DNA of 64,000 bases from a virus: positions 13,856-77,855 of IMG/VR virus record IMGVR_UViG_3300022200_000032; one strand, given 5' to 3'. How positions within the stretch are numbered: the first letter of the stretch is position 1; each line of letters opens with the position of its first letter. Below are positions 30,501 to 39,700 of this stretch, piece by piece. A program made the translations under genes and the position numbers. A model generated the notes under the pieces. The model did not search any database, was not told the origin of the DNA, and worked only from the letters and a program-made list of their open reading frames with translations.

Positions 30501-33500
30501 GTGTGCACCGTTGATGGTTTCGTTGAATTGTTTGATTATGATAATATCATTGGCAGCTAAACCAGTTGGTTCATTAAAAATTAGAGTTAATGTACCATTC
30601 AGATTATCAATTACCGTGGTAACATCTGGAGAAATGCTATCACAACGGTATACATTCCAATCATATACGTTAGAACGTGCGACCCAAATATTTGTTCCGT
30701 CTCGCACGTCTTCTAATTGTGTGTTTATGGATGTTAAATCTGAAAGATCAAAAAGTGTGATGTCAACATCATCAGAATTAACAAAACCTGCGGTTGGAAG
30801 ACCAATGTCTGTTAAACTTTCTGTTAACTCGGGTAAGATATTTGTTGTTGTATTCTTAATGCTTTGTTTATAGATGTCATTTACAAAGATAAATTGATCT
30901 GCATCTGATTCTGCGTCAAGTAATCCAATTTCGATTGTACTTGGATTCGAACGCAGAGATTCATTATCAAGAGCAACCTCTACAAAACGTTTATTGTCAT
31001 TCGCACCATATGTCGCACGTTTAATAGCCCAGTTTTCGTAAATGTCATATTCAGCTTGCTCTTTGTCAAATTCAACGCCTTGGAATAGTTTGGCATTTGC
31101 TGGTGTTCCTTTTTGTCTGATCAGGTTTCCGTATACCTGTACCTGACTTATATCATCTAAATTTAGAGATTCTAAATAATCTCTTGTACGGAAACCTGTC
31201 AGTCCTAATCCAAGTAAATCAGCATCAGATTCTAAATTAGCAACCGAATTATTATAATAATTGCGCATCTGATCTGATTTATTACTAATGTTTGGTAATA
31301 ATCCTTTACTAAAGCTATCATAGTCTACTTTAGTCCATTCATCAAAATCAAACTCCTCGCTTGGTTGAATTTTAATGGCTGCTGTCCAGTATGCATTCTT
31401 ATATTTGACAATGTCACCTTTATTGTAATTTTGGTTTGCATTCCATGTTGCCACATTATCTTGGTTAAGAATAAAACCTTGTGCATCAAGCTGACCAGTC
31501 CATTCAAATGTTTTATAACCGTCAATACGCAAACGCTGTTGACGTAACCCTGTTACTGGTTGGTACATTAAATCATTGAAAATGCTAACATTATCAAAAA
31601 CCAATAAATGTTCGTAAGCAGTAGCACGTATGCGCAAATAGCTGATTCCTTTATCGGCCGCAAGAGAAGTTATTTTAAAATTATTATCCAGGCGTGTAAT
31701 TGCATAATCTTTTTTCAGCAGTGGTTGGCGATTTTGATCTAATGGTTGTTCATTAATTGCTAAATTTCCCAAATCATCAACAACAGCGCGAGCACGTTGA
31801 TATTGTAATTGATTGGCAGCCGGATTTAAGTTTATTAAACTGCCTGTACCCCAGCTTTGGTTCGCCCAATACAAGAATTCATTAGACATCTGACCCCAAT
31901 CAAGAGTGTAATTATTTTCAATATCTTCAAATACCAACCCAGAACTCTTTAAAAACTCTCCATAACTTGCAAGAAAGTCAATGACACTATTAATATTGGT
32001 GAATGTATACCCATAAGGAACACGAACTACACGATTGGTGAAACTACGAGGTAATCTGTATCTGTTGGATCCAAAATTGATTGTTTCGTAATCTCCACCA
32101 GTGTTACTTTGTAAGATTCTAAAGTATGCTTCAGTTTGGCTATTACCATACACAGCATATCCACCATCTGTTTTTTGAACCATTACACCCGAGTATTGTA
32201 GATCACCAAATGGTTGGTTTTTGTATAATAAAACACTATAACTTTCATCTGGAATCAGTAAGCTAGTGTTAGAACTATCTGGACTAGATTTGTCTGTGAA
32301 AACTTTTAAATATTTTTTATCAGTAAAACCAGCTACACGATAACACAAACGAACATCAATATTAGATAGATAATTGCCTAATGCTACTGATGTTTCAATT
32401 CCGATATTTCTATTATGTTCCACAATCCAATTAATATAACTATGCTTTGGATTCGCCTCATCAAAAATCTCCACGGTACGTGTATCTAACCGTTGACGGC
32501 GATCATAAACATACTGTAAAACAGAATCACTATATTTGTATCTGTCGCAGTCAATCATTAACGAGAAATATTCTGCTGGTTTAGTCAATGCAAGTAATTT
32601 TTGTACAGCAAACGGCCAATTGCTCGAGCGTCTCCATGCTGATTCGACTGGGCCAATGTCACCAGCAATCCAACTTTTTCTTAAATCGGTTTGATTAAAA
32701 TTCGCTACCAGTGTTTCCATTGGATGCTGAAGATTACCTTCAGAATCAACTGGAATAATAGTGGTTAAACCAGGACGCACAAATCGTGAATCGTATCGTT
32801 GATTGCCAGGTTCATTAATAAATCCAGCTTCTAGATCTTCCCACATTACCAGGTTACCAGAAGTCCATGGTGCCGGACCATAACGATCTTCCCACCAAGT
32901 GGGTTCATCTGTTATACCCAACATTTCCCAAGGATGAGTATGAGGACGATCTGTATCGTAATAATGCTTATAAATTCCTCGCCATCCACCTTTCAGTAGG
33001 CTACCATCTAATCGGCTGGTTGCAGTGCTGTAATTCCAAGTAAATTCATTTGTGGCATCATAACTTTGTGTCTTATAATCAAGTTTGTGCCAGCCTACCC
33101 AATTTAGTAGACTTTCCGAAAGTATTTCTGTTATTTCCGTATCTGTGTAGTCAGTTTCACGGAATTTACCTGGAATAACATCACTAACTGTTAGCGGGAC
33201 ATCTCCGCTGTCTAAACTTTTGAGGTTATTATAAATTCTACGTTCAAATTCTAACAGAACATCATCTCGAACATCACCAAATGCAATCGTAATAGATCCA
33301 TCATGACCTTGAATTACATTACGAGGAGTCACATAAGTGTCATCCTCATAAATTTCTGGATCAAAGCGAGGGAACAAACCCAATTTAGTTGGTGTTTCCG
33401 GAACATAGCTACCATAAGTGGATGCATATTCTCTGATCGTAATTGTATCACCAATTGACGGCGTTATTAATAATGTAATACGTGGCCCATCAGTTGCAAC

Positions 33501-36500
33501 AGTATAATCAGTGTCTTTGAGCAGAATGGTATCATTGTGATATACCAACAATCCAAAACTATTAGCGTTTGAAAAATCATAAACATTGTTAATTGAATAG
33601 TTTTCAGTGCTAATAACGGACACCGTGTACTCAATCTCAGTATAATCGCCCCCAAACGGTAGCATATCGCTCCAATAGTAGGCACTATTGCTTGATTTAC
33701 CATGATTAATGGCCGCTAGTGCTGCATCAAGAATTTGATGCGTAGTTAACCCATAAGTATCATTTTGTTCTATCCAGTTAAGAATCTGATTCTTAAACTT
33801 TTCATACTGTTTTGCATTATAATCAAGTGCATTGAAGAAGTCATACTCTGACTTACGTAGAAAGAACGCTGCTGGCGCAACAGGTGCAGAATGTTGTACA
33901 ATCACATCACCATATGCTGGTACATTTCCTTTGTCACGTAGATTGTTTGCACCATTGATTTCCCCAATAAACCCATCAATGTTTTCAACTAAACGATTAA
34001 AGTGATTTCTAACAGTACCAAGTGTAAACGTTGCTGGATTTTCATTAAAGATATTGCTTTCCAAGTTACTAGGAACTTCGTAATAAGCCACTGTGCTTGC
34101 TGACTCACTTATAATTTTTACCTGTATCAGATCACCAACACTGACAGTATTATCATTGAATACAACAAATGTTTGATTGTTGTAAATGTTTGTGTTATAT
34201 GAAGTTGGATTTACAAACTTATTATTAACATAGATCTTGATAGCAGGTATTGATAAATCTGTTCTAGGCAGAACATCCAAAGATAGTGGTGATCCGTTAT
34301 ACTCATAAGTAAAGACCTGTCTAGACCAGTTTCTCTCAGCACTTGGCGTCCATCCGATCTCATTGGTGTATGCAGTTCGTGTTGTGTATTTTCTTGCAAA
34401 GCCGTTCTTGGTTTCTCCATTAACACTAGCTGAATCAATTACGTAAACAAAACTATCAGTATATTGGTTATTATCAAACACAATGTCACCAATATTATCA
34501 ATGTTTAGATAGGATAAACTAAATCCCAGAACTGTATCTACAGTGGAACTAGATCCAGGTTTATATGAAAACAACTTTGATCCTGTAAATGTAGTGCTTG
34601 GGTATACTGATGTATCACCATAACTATATCCATTGCTATCAAAAATATCAAACAATGGTGCTTGGTTTACTGATGTCTTTTCTTGCGATGCTGACCAACC
34701 AGATCCGTCAAATGTAAAATGTTTTCCGATTTGTGTATTTCCACTGGAACAGAAAACAACTTGATCTGCAAGTATTTGTGCATCATCCGCTGGATAGAGA
34801 TTTATAATTTCTCCATATGCTGTAGAATCATCATCTGGATCAACAATCTGTACAGTATAAATTTTATTTTTTACTTCTGGGTCAGTGTCAGCCGCAAAAA
34901 TAACTCTTGAACCGTTGGTCAATGTATATCCATCAACTGAATAACCTGAACTACCATGTACATTTGATAGTGCATCAGTTTCTGTGAAATCAATGACATT
35001 GATTGGTGCAGTTGATTCTGTACCAAAATTGTATAATCTTGTACCAGCATTAAACTCAATAATAGGACGTTTTGCTCTATAGGCATTGTCTAAACTAACA
35101 ACGGTATTATTATACTCAGCAGTTGCATTAATGACATCAATATGAAACCAACGATTGCTTCGTGTCCATGGATTCAAATCTGAGCTGGAACGGTTAATTG
35201 TTAGATAATCTAAATCTTGTGGTGCATTATTTTCACCAGAAACATTATTAACATATAAGTCTGGTGTTACTAAATCGGTAACAGGAACTAAAACAATAGA
35301 ACTGCCAACCCCATCAACATAGTATTCGTTTCCGCTATATGTTGATGGGTCAGTTGTTCCCTGAAACTTAACTCTTAATCCATTTGTAAATATAACACCA
35401 TTCGGTGACGTATACTCTGTTTTTCCTATAATATCATCATCAACGTACAGTTGTTCTGATCCTTCCTGATCAACAAGTTTAATGACACCAAATTTGTTTG
35501 CTGTAGTGCCGTCTTGGTAATATAAAACATCATTGGCTGCGGTTAATAATGGTACTTCTTCAAAAAATCCACTAGAATTCTTAAAAAATGTTCTATTACT
35601 ATATGTTGCACCATAACGAATAGTAAACTTTTCTTGAATAGATGTAATGTCGTCAATTTTTACCAGATTTATAAATGCACCGTCATCAGTACTGCCATCT
35701 GGTCTTACATATTGAATTCTGTAAAGACTGTAACGATCGCCACGGCTATCAATTGTGGTTTCAATCCCAAATTCTGGAGAAATTGGATCAAACATTGCTT
35801 CACGCACCCATCCAAGATCCTCGCTATCACCTTCTTGTGTGTTTAGAAATACTAGAGTACGTCCTTCGAGATCACTGATACCATCAATTGTGACGTTTTC
35901 AACAAGTTGTCTATCAATCGAATTAAATTTAGCCATTGTTGCTAAATCAACATCTGATCGGTCAGTTAAATCATAATAAAATTGTTGCGCATCTGCATTA
36001 GGCACATTAAAGATAACTGCACCCACGTCCTCGCCATTATTAACAACACCCAACACACTGCGGCTGCTGATGTTTGGAGAATAGTTTAATGTTCCGTCTA
36101 CACCAGCCTCGCTTTGAATCCAAAAACTTGATTCTTGATTTACATTAAAGGTATACGTGCCTCCGCGAACTAATGTTAATGTTGGGTTATCACCAGCAAT
36201 ATCGCTTAGATTATATGAACCGTCGACTGTAGTGACATCAAAATCGTCAACCACAGCTATTGTGGTTGCACGCACATCAACGGCATCCGGGCCTTCTGGT
36301 AACCAATAATATTGCCCATAATTGATAAATTTATCAAAATCAATTAGTGGATCCCACGAGTATGTTTCACTAGAAAACAATCTGTCATGTCTTGTTACAT
36401 TTGCACCTTTAACTGCAAGTGAATCGATGATACCAGGGTATGTGATTGCATCTGTAACTTTGTTATCATCATCAGTAAAAACAACACCTGGTTCAAGTTG

Positions 36501-36704
36501 ATAATTGGAACGTATGGTAGATGATTCTAATAGATATCCATTTCCTGACGTTACTCCTGGGCCAAAACGACGACCGATATAACCCTGAGTTCTTTTCAGT
36601 TTAGGTTGTTGTGTCAACTGATCTAGAGTTGCGCTTAAGAACTCACGATTGACGTCTGTTCTAAAAATTTCAGGTAAAAAATCAACTGAACGAATACGTG
36701 CCAT
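21561..36704 (-). CDS. Giant 5047-aa baseplate wedge / receptor-binding structural protein
   Basis: Uninterrupted ORF after the gp6-like gene; FG-GAP-like repeats, G.GY..P.V.I beta repeats, KPYHVKIKE and GLRRGTAGT motifs. Confidence 0.8.
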   Translation of the reverse strand: MARIRSVDFLPEIFRTDVNREFLSATLDQLTQQPKLKRTQGYIGRRFGPGVTSGNGYLLESSTIRSNYQLEPGVVFTDDDNKVTDAITYPGIIDSLAVKGANVTRHDRLFSSETYSWDPLIDFDKFINYGQYYWLPEGPDAVDVRATTIAVVDDFDVTTVDGSYNLSDIAGDNPTLTLVRGGTYTFNVNQESSFWIQSEAGVDGTLNYSPNISSRSVLGVVNNGEDVGAVIFNVPNADAQQFYYDLTDRSDVDLATMAKFNSIDRQLVENVTIDGISDLEGRTLVFLNTQEGDSEDLGWVREAMFDPISPEFGIETTIDSRGDRYSLYRIQYVRPDGSTDDGAFINLVKIDDITSIQEKFTIRYGATYSNRTFFKNSSGFFEEVPLLTAANDVLYYQDGTTANKFGVIKLVDQEGSEQLYVDDDIIGKTEYTSPNGVIFTNGLRVKFQGTTDPSTYSGNEYYVDGVGSSIVLVPVTDLVTPDLYVNNVSGENNAPQDLDYLTINRSSSDLNPWTRSNRWFHIDVINATAEYNNTVVSLDNAYRAKRPIIEFNAGTRLYNFGTESTAPINVIDFTETDALSNVHGSSGYSVDGYTLTNGSRVIFAADTDPEVKNKIYTVQIVDPDDDSTAYGEIINLYPADDAQILADQVVFCSSGNTQIGKHFTFDGSGWSASQEKTSVNQAPLFDIFDSNGYSYGDTSVYPSTTFTGSKLFSYKPGSSSTVDTVLGFSLSYLNIDNIGDIVFDNNQYTDSFVYVIDSASVNGETKNGFARKYTTRTAYTNEIGWTPSAERNWSRQVFTYEYNGSPLSLDVLPRTDLSIPAIKIYVNNKFVNPTSYNTNIYNNQTFVVFNDNTVSVGDLIQVKIISESASTVAYYEVPSNLESNIFNENPATFTLGTVRNHFNRLVENIDGFIGEINGANNLRDKGNVPAYGDVIVQHSAPVAPAAFFLRKSEYDFFNALDYNAKQYEKFKNQILNWIEQNDTYGLTTHQILDAALAAINHGKSSNSAYYWSDMLPFGGDYTEIEYTVSVISTENYSINNVYDFSNANSFGLLVYHNDTILLKDTDYTVATDGPRITLLITPSIGDTITIREYASTYGSYVPETPTKLGLFPRFDPEIYEDDTYVTPRNVIQGHDGSITIAFGDVRDDVLLEFERRIYNNLKSLDSGDVPLTVSDVIPGKFRETDYTDTEITEILSESLLNWVGWHKLDYKTQSYDATNEFTWNYSTATSRLDGSLLKGGWRGIYKHYYDTDRPHTHPWEMLGITDEPTWWEDRYGPAPWTSGNLVMWEDLEAGFINEPGNQRYDSRFVRPGLTTIIPVDSEGNLQHPMETLVANFNQTDLRKSWIAGDIGPVESAWRRSSNWPFAVQKLLALTKPAEYFSLMIDCDRYKYSDSVLQYVYDRRQRLDTRTVEIFDEANPKHSYINWIVEHNRNIGIETSVALGNYLSNIDVRLCYRVAGFTDKKYLKVFTDKSSPDSSNTSLLIPDESYSVLLYKNQPFGDLQYSGVMVQKTDGGYAVYGNSQTEAYFRILQSNTGGDYETINFGSNRYRLPRSFTNRVVRVPYGYTFTNINSVIDFLASYGEFLKSSGLVFEDIENNYTLDWGQMSNEFLYWANQSWGTGSLINLNPAANQLQYQRARAVVDDLGNLAINEQPLDQNRQPLLKKDYAITRLDNNFKITSLAADKGISYLRIRATAYEHLLVFDNVSIFNDLMYQPVTGLRQQRLRIDGYKTFEWTGQLDAQGFILNQDNVATWNANQNYNKGDIVKYKNAYWTAAIKIQPSEEFDFDEWTKVDYDSFSKGLLPNISNKSDQMRNYYNNSVANLESDADLLGLGLTGFRTRDYLESLNLDDISQVQVYGNLIRQKGTPANAKLFQGVEFDKEQAEYDIYENWAIKRATYGANDNKRFVEVALDNESLRSNPSTIEIGLLDAESDADQFIFVNDIYKQSIKNTTTNILPELTESLTDIGLPTAGFVNSDDVDITLFDLSDLTSINTQLEDVRDGTNIWVARSNVYDWNVYRCDSISPDVTTVIDNLNGTLTLIFNEPTGLAANDIIIIKQFNETINGAHRIRKINDATSVIINGNISGNESTLTGLGIAFKLVTARLDQASDAADSEFNTRLFEGDKIWVNSDVNGKWKVYEKKVPFSLSQSQTPTGASSDIGFGTSVAQGLNGTGCIVGAPGHLGGNGGLYCYNKTNSGYTFSNVLKDVKDIAYLGNSVSMASDWFIAGAKQTENNQGIAVVIHKDPALNLFQEYQVLTLPDADIGTEGALFGYDVVISEDEKWIYISAAGIGKVYAYNRNDYQDQTASFITNGNTASYDITNYIEVDNKTQITVTLNGETLTASEYNLTSNILTINDVPAAGLVVEVSRKKLVSAIGDGSTTTFAEVTELYTAIDEEAVQVYVDGVLQRPYYDYSFNIDSTVAIDFATAPAEDASIVFRAQDYYRYTDTISGSVSEGFGQTVGTTSDGQQLVVGAPTATNGALLNSGKVYVYERTVERFVVTNASVKTYETYRSVSDTNSVHLNNVHQLNSINNVGTQTYTINETLNTVTFSNGVTLHVGDEIDIDINTFQLVQTLSLTNNNQGAHFGEAQTICRTDCSIYVSAPRDNWALPEAGSVTRYLNRSRVFGTITGTVSNPTISVGDSIRIDNKDVFFTNTTVEQVAQDINAAIIPNVQANVNSDGQLVISVVNQDEAPILSKLTVMPGVGTAFDDLGLVPFENVQTIVSPAPNEYDHFGSSIHVDYSSTNLVVGANRAIARIPTTFNKNLTETVYDSDTTRFVDPIIEGGTAYTFDLLPSSNYQTPGKFVFGQQIYDSDINELDQFGTAVNFTDNLLVVTSPGYDATVENIGRLVVFENPTRVQAWQEIQSEPTVVDSRLTNYLYIYNKDTDLVSVYLDFIDPINGKLLGPVKQNLDYIGAVNPAVYNAGRAGSGIYWAQDHVGNLWWDTTQVRYLNYNQEDIVYSSKNWGQLFPGSSVDVYEWIESSVPPNQYTGTGTVRNSTEFSAVSGLDASRTVTTRYYFWVKNRSITNKAANKTLSARAIASYIENPQASGIPYAALIRKNVVALYNSDEYIADNYDSILHIEYNRTLTDNNVFVEYDLIRENYSNDFLPDLLYRKLQDSLCGVDTLGNKVPDFNLSPTDKYGVEFRPRKSLFRNNFAALKTYIDKSNLLIKDHPFSELRTFSLLTAQESIPTASSGAWNATVADLVELGYQNLAVAGVGYRYLVEVDENNNGLWTIYEVNNSLGLDLVRVQSYDTNRYWEYTNWYATNYDNLTKPSKIVNTYSELLTNFPDEGTVIKVNTNSNGKWELYAYLSGSWVRVGLQDGTIQFKNSLYDYTIDRYGFDSEVYDAQYFDQEPVLELRNIIRSINEEFLTGDFLDHRNQLLISVFNYILAEQGRVDWLYKTSLIDVNHKVRNLEEYAIYRKDNQDFVLDYINESKPYHVKIKEFLLRYEGIDTIDGTVMDFDVPAAYDTTYSKFVSPVLDDGIAILETDISNRKTEDTVWSTVPWNQWYDNRLLIIDNIVVTNGGSGYTVAPQVEIVGDSEILTTAVAIINEDGEVSAVNIVGSSYGEYRTTPTITITGGNGTGATATAYMKPSVVRSLNTTIKYDRYEYTSQIVNWEANTVYDENQLVRFNDRVYRAINADGSTASDSTFDPAEYQIVAADTLSGIDRTTGFYVSDVNNPGLDLALLIDGLDYPGVQLMGPGFGANTGFDVGNYDINLFDNLDYGPEGLPTYSESILDNEIFTSFTGSYVGVDLSGIDAVQSLATATVNTSTTEISEITITEIGKGYSADVPPSVTISAPRDNITATALATIDFATLTVDDIAVTSSGFGYITTPTVTITAQPNSPGETATGYALISAGSVTGVTLSNNGSGYTGPPTVTFSDPPSIVTSRARASVTTLSSTGGVTATTITNGGNSYTSAPAVTVTPPPASVTATATAAIAGYELSTVTLDVAGNYYSSAPTVTVAAPTAIAAQATASATIGGNQVQSISVDQPGYMYQTAPSVTITPASPTAGTNAAATVALDTTTVGFDGVDGDGDGFDAVAFDTEGGIGTFTILVEGDGYTSAPVVTISAPDISGGTQATASATVSGETAPLYAGQGRVTSITVTEPGSGYTTAPTVSIAAPDSNINHGTGATATATLDDTAVISIAVSNGGSYYDIAPTISIDPPTTVTTATVDSIVSGGVVTGFTITDNGWGYLETPSITIAAPDVTPVTAAFTANLTGDAVTSLTIDTAGAGYLTVPTLTIAVDPSVSNDIATGTAVMTNGNVYSVTITNAGANYATAPSVTFSDPTGTASHGTGATATAIVVNEQVTGITITNPGTGYDLAPTITISAPTRTTQPATGVPVIVGGSVIGITITDPGFGYLRTPTVTIGPPSDIDPDADIVGGEFIDVYNSHAPEELIPGAIFDTLDLKVHTLPGYDYLGNGHGFEVKSIVYANPGAGNIVAWGGLDARCAPTSALENRNLVQHPAELIVYNATTGTRLYEGINYTVNWADKTVQLNSGLGILDEVKIFVYGIGGGNQLYRNSYLGGEIVGNTLVLPINYDSIESVLVLVDGDEILSYSYAEGSFVSQTIIEFDNAYTDSNYINITVFGANPAEDGSTITDLEYSYPETEIFTCDGSTNTFTLSIDVDNKNRENLIVELNGRRLQPPTAKRHVGDGSSITTYELPDGMSTGIDMSEVDDDEVVVYVNQVRQVSGIDYQLDPADGSSYRTISFLAEVPGPYDIIDIYVTKTEGEIIDGIQQGTHAGYELGGDSSETLVIATGYGIDLNAGDTLAVTAWRDVREQDVFTQIFKGPVTVLEATRELFDTYGFDMDLFDRSTGAYATINVFDLETVVENTDRMWVTLNGRRLLPGSDYSVTNEGTTLVIAGGSISDTDVIAITTFTDSVVPDAVGFRIFKDMRDNVAVYRNNTGSQTFLTRTLKWTDDVIYVDDASKLGTPNLDAAIFGILEINGERITYRDVDLDNNTVSGLRRGTAGTGMHREHSAGSVVTDLSRGQLLQTPYNEIWYAQGATTASDGIALQQQTTIAAKFLKGL
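23545..25400 (-). repeat. 14 tandem ~40-aa repeats (I.(V/I)T..G.GY..(A)P.V.I..P...ATATA) inside the giant protein
   Basis: Counted in the translation; degenerate at DNA level; two more copies near 25920-26130. Confidence 0.85.
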
Positions 36705-36707
36705 TTA

Positions 36708-39700
36708 TTATACTACTCCACTAGTGTTTGTTAATCTTAGTTGGCTTGCTGTTAAACTATCAACAATTTGAATGTCATTTACTGTTGCGGCGCTAACAAA
36801 AATTTCGTTAGCATCACAACCAATTTCGTATAAATCGCCAAAACTCTTACTTGGATCTTTTGGTAATAGGATTACACTACCAATTATTCCACCGAGCTCT
36901 TCGTGAATGTAGGCTGCTAACTCCGAAAAATAAAAAGTTTCACCAAAGTCCCAATTATCAACATTAAAAAATGTATTAATTGTTTCAATTACACGACTTT
37001 TAATTTCTGAATTACTTACCACTGTATTCTCAAGTTTAACTACTTTGATGTATGCTTGTAACGCTGTTTCTGCTTTGCTACCAAATAGCGGTTTAAATTC
37101 AACACTATTAAAAATCATGTTATCACTAACCATTTTATAATTGTTTAGAGATTCATATAATGTAGTTAATTCGTCTGTGGTTGGTTGTGCAGGTTCTGCA
37201 ACTGTGGCTGTTGTATCTTGAATATAACGCTGATATGCAGTATAATAATCAGCAGTAACCAAATACAAGTCAATAATATTTGTTGATCCAGGATTAATGC
37301 GCCTTGTTTCGGGACTGTTATGTTTGTATTGGAATTGAATATCACCACGCCCAATCTTAGAAATATAGCCTGTATCTTCTGCAATAGTACGCACATTATT
37401 ACTAACAGTTAGAACAAAGAATTTATCTTCATTATACGCATAAAAAACCTGACCACTGCTATATTCTGCCTTAACTAATTCAATTTCGTCCTGCGATCCA
37501 TAAATTGTATTAACAACTGATGTCGCTAATGGCAGATAACGCTCTAAATTATCAAAATCAACTGTTTGTTCAAAAAAGACTAGCTTATTGTTGGCATTCA
37601 CGTCTGGTGCAACCAGTGTGTTGAAAAAATCTGGATCGTCTGGAACACCATCATCATCAGTATCCGCAAAGCTAATTTCAACATTGAAATCATTAACAAA
37701 TCCGTCTGTTTCAACAGTTTGACCGATGATGTCAAGACGCACTTCTCCAACCAATGGACTATTGCTATCTGGTTGACTGTTAGTTTTTAAAACCATTATA
37801 TAATCGTTTACGGTTTTGCCAGTCTTAGGATCGTAAATCTTTTGGTTATTTTCGTAAAAGAAACGTGTTTCTGCTACACTTGAGAAATAGTAGTTCAGTG
37901 TACGACTTGTGACTGTGTAAGTCGTGCCAGTGCTAATAAACTTAACTAACCAACTGGAATCCAGATTTAAATTTGATGTATCACCTGCGTTAGTCAATGC
38001 AAACGCACTAGTTTGATCTAAATTGTTAGCACTAATAATATACCATTCACCAGTTGCATTGTTGTAACCTAAACCAAAATCTCTATATAATTCAATTTGT
38101 GCTAACAAGCTCTGTTCCAGTGCAGTAGGCAGGTCTGTGTTGAATACTGGAATCACTTCATCAGCAATTGCACCGGTTGGTACATAATTGTTAATTGTCA
38201 CTGGACCAAGACCGTTAGCATCATTACCGGCACCACTGTTTGTGCCATCACCTGACAATACTTTAACACTTGCCCACAGATATGTTCTTTGTCCTGGGCC
38301 TGTTGGGGTGCCTGTTTGCAATCTGTTATTGCGATCAAAGTATTGCCCTGTTGGAGCCACAAATTTAATCAAACAATTCTGATCAACAAATTGGCGATCA
38401 TCGCCAACTGTGCTACCAATGGAAATTGGTGTTTCATCTGCATCATAGAAATAACCAGTAGTTTCATTAATTAGGCTTGTACTGCGGTTCCAGTTCATAC
38501 CAAATATTTCTAAGTTCTTGCGATTATACTGGTTATAATAAAAGTGAAGCATTTGTCTACCAGCAAGTACTGGTTCTACCTGATTGCGAATAACATTTTC
38601 AATATCATTTTTATCAACAAATGTGAATCCAAATGCCGCTTCTGAAAATTCTTCATAAAATAAACCGTCACCACCAAACGCATTGATGCTGGAATATTTT
38701 CCAGTTGGATCAACCAAATCAAGATATCTGCTTGCACCAATGTTACTGCGGTTAACTGCTTTTGATTTAATAATAGAACTGAACTGTGTATATGGGAAGT
38801 TATTGTAATCTTCTCCATTTACCATTCTATTTTGTGTATAATAACGAGCAGGTGCTCTGCGTTTAATATCAGCAATAGTTTCTCTTGCACGACTGTTGCT
38901 TATGTTGTTTTGTAACCCAAGTGTAAATGTTGCAGTTTCTAAACGTCCACGACGACTAACATATGTGACACTAATGTCAATGTTTTGCATTTCGTTAGGA
39001 TTTATAACATATTCAAGACCGTTAGAGCTTCGGGTGTAACTACGGAATGTGCCAACTGGAATTTCTGAGAAAACACCATCACCGAAGTTCATAGTAATTT
39101 GATCATTGGCACGACTTGATACTGAAAATAACTTTCTGCTCGCACCTTCCTCTTGGGAACTGCTGCCATAAATGTTCTCAACTTGTGTCCATTGCTCAGT
39201 AATTGCACCAGTTGAACTATTAATTTTGTATAGCCACACATCGTTGTTATTGGTGCCTTCAATGTTAATATCAACCGTGCGATTAGCGATACGTTCTGGT
39301 AAACTAAATTCACGGGTTTCCAAAGAACCTTGTTTAAAATAAAAGAAGTATCCGGTTTCTGTGCTACCGAAACCTAACCCATCATTACGATATAATAAAT
39401 TAAAATCACCACCTGGTCTCGGAATTGCTTCATAGATATAGGTTTTATCAACGCTTGTTCCACTCACTGCCTCAAACGACATGTTAACACCATCAACCTG
39501 AGCAGTAAACGGAATAACTGGTAATAAATTTGGTGCCAAGTTGATTGTGTATTCGCTAGTGTTTACGCCCAGAATGTTTTGTGCATTGCCTGGATTGCCT
39601 ACGGTTTGGCTGTCAATTAAAATGGCATTGATAATTGTTTTAAATTGTTCTTGCCAATCTGGGTTAGTGCGATCGTTCCATTTAACAGTAACATTTGCTA

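Noticed and set aside
21561-36704. Intein, or diversity-generating retroelement target, in the giant gene
   Set aside because: No intein splice or LAGLIDADG motifs, no reverse transcriptase and no near-identical TR/VR pair noticed.
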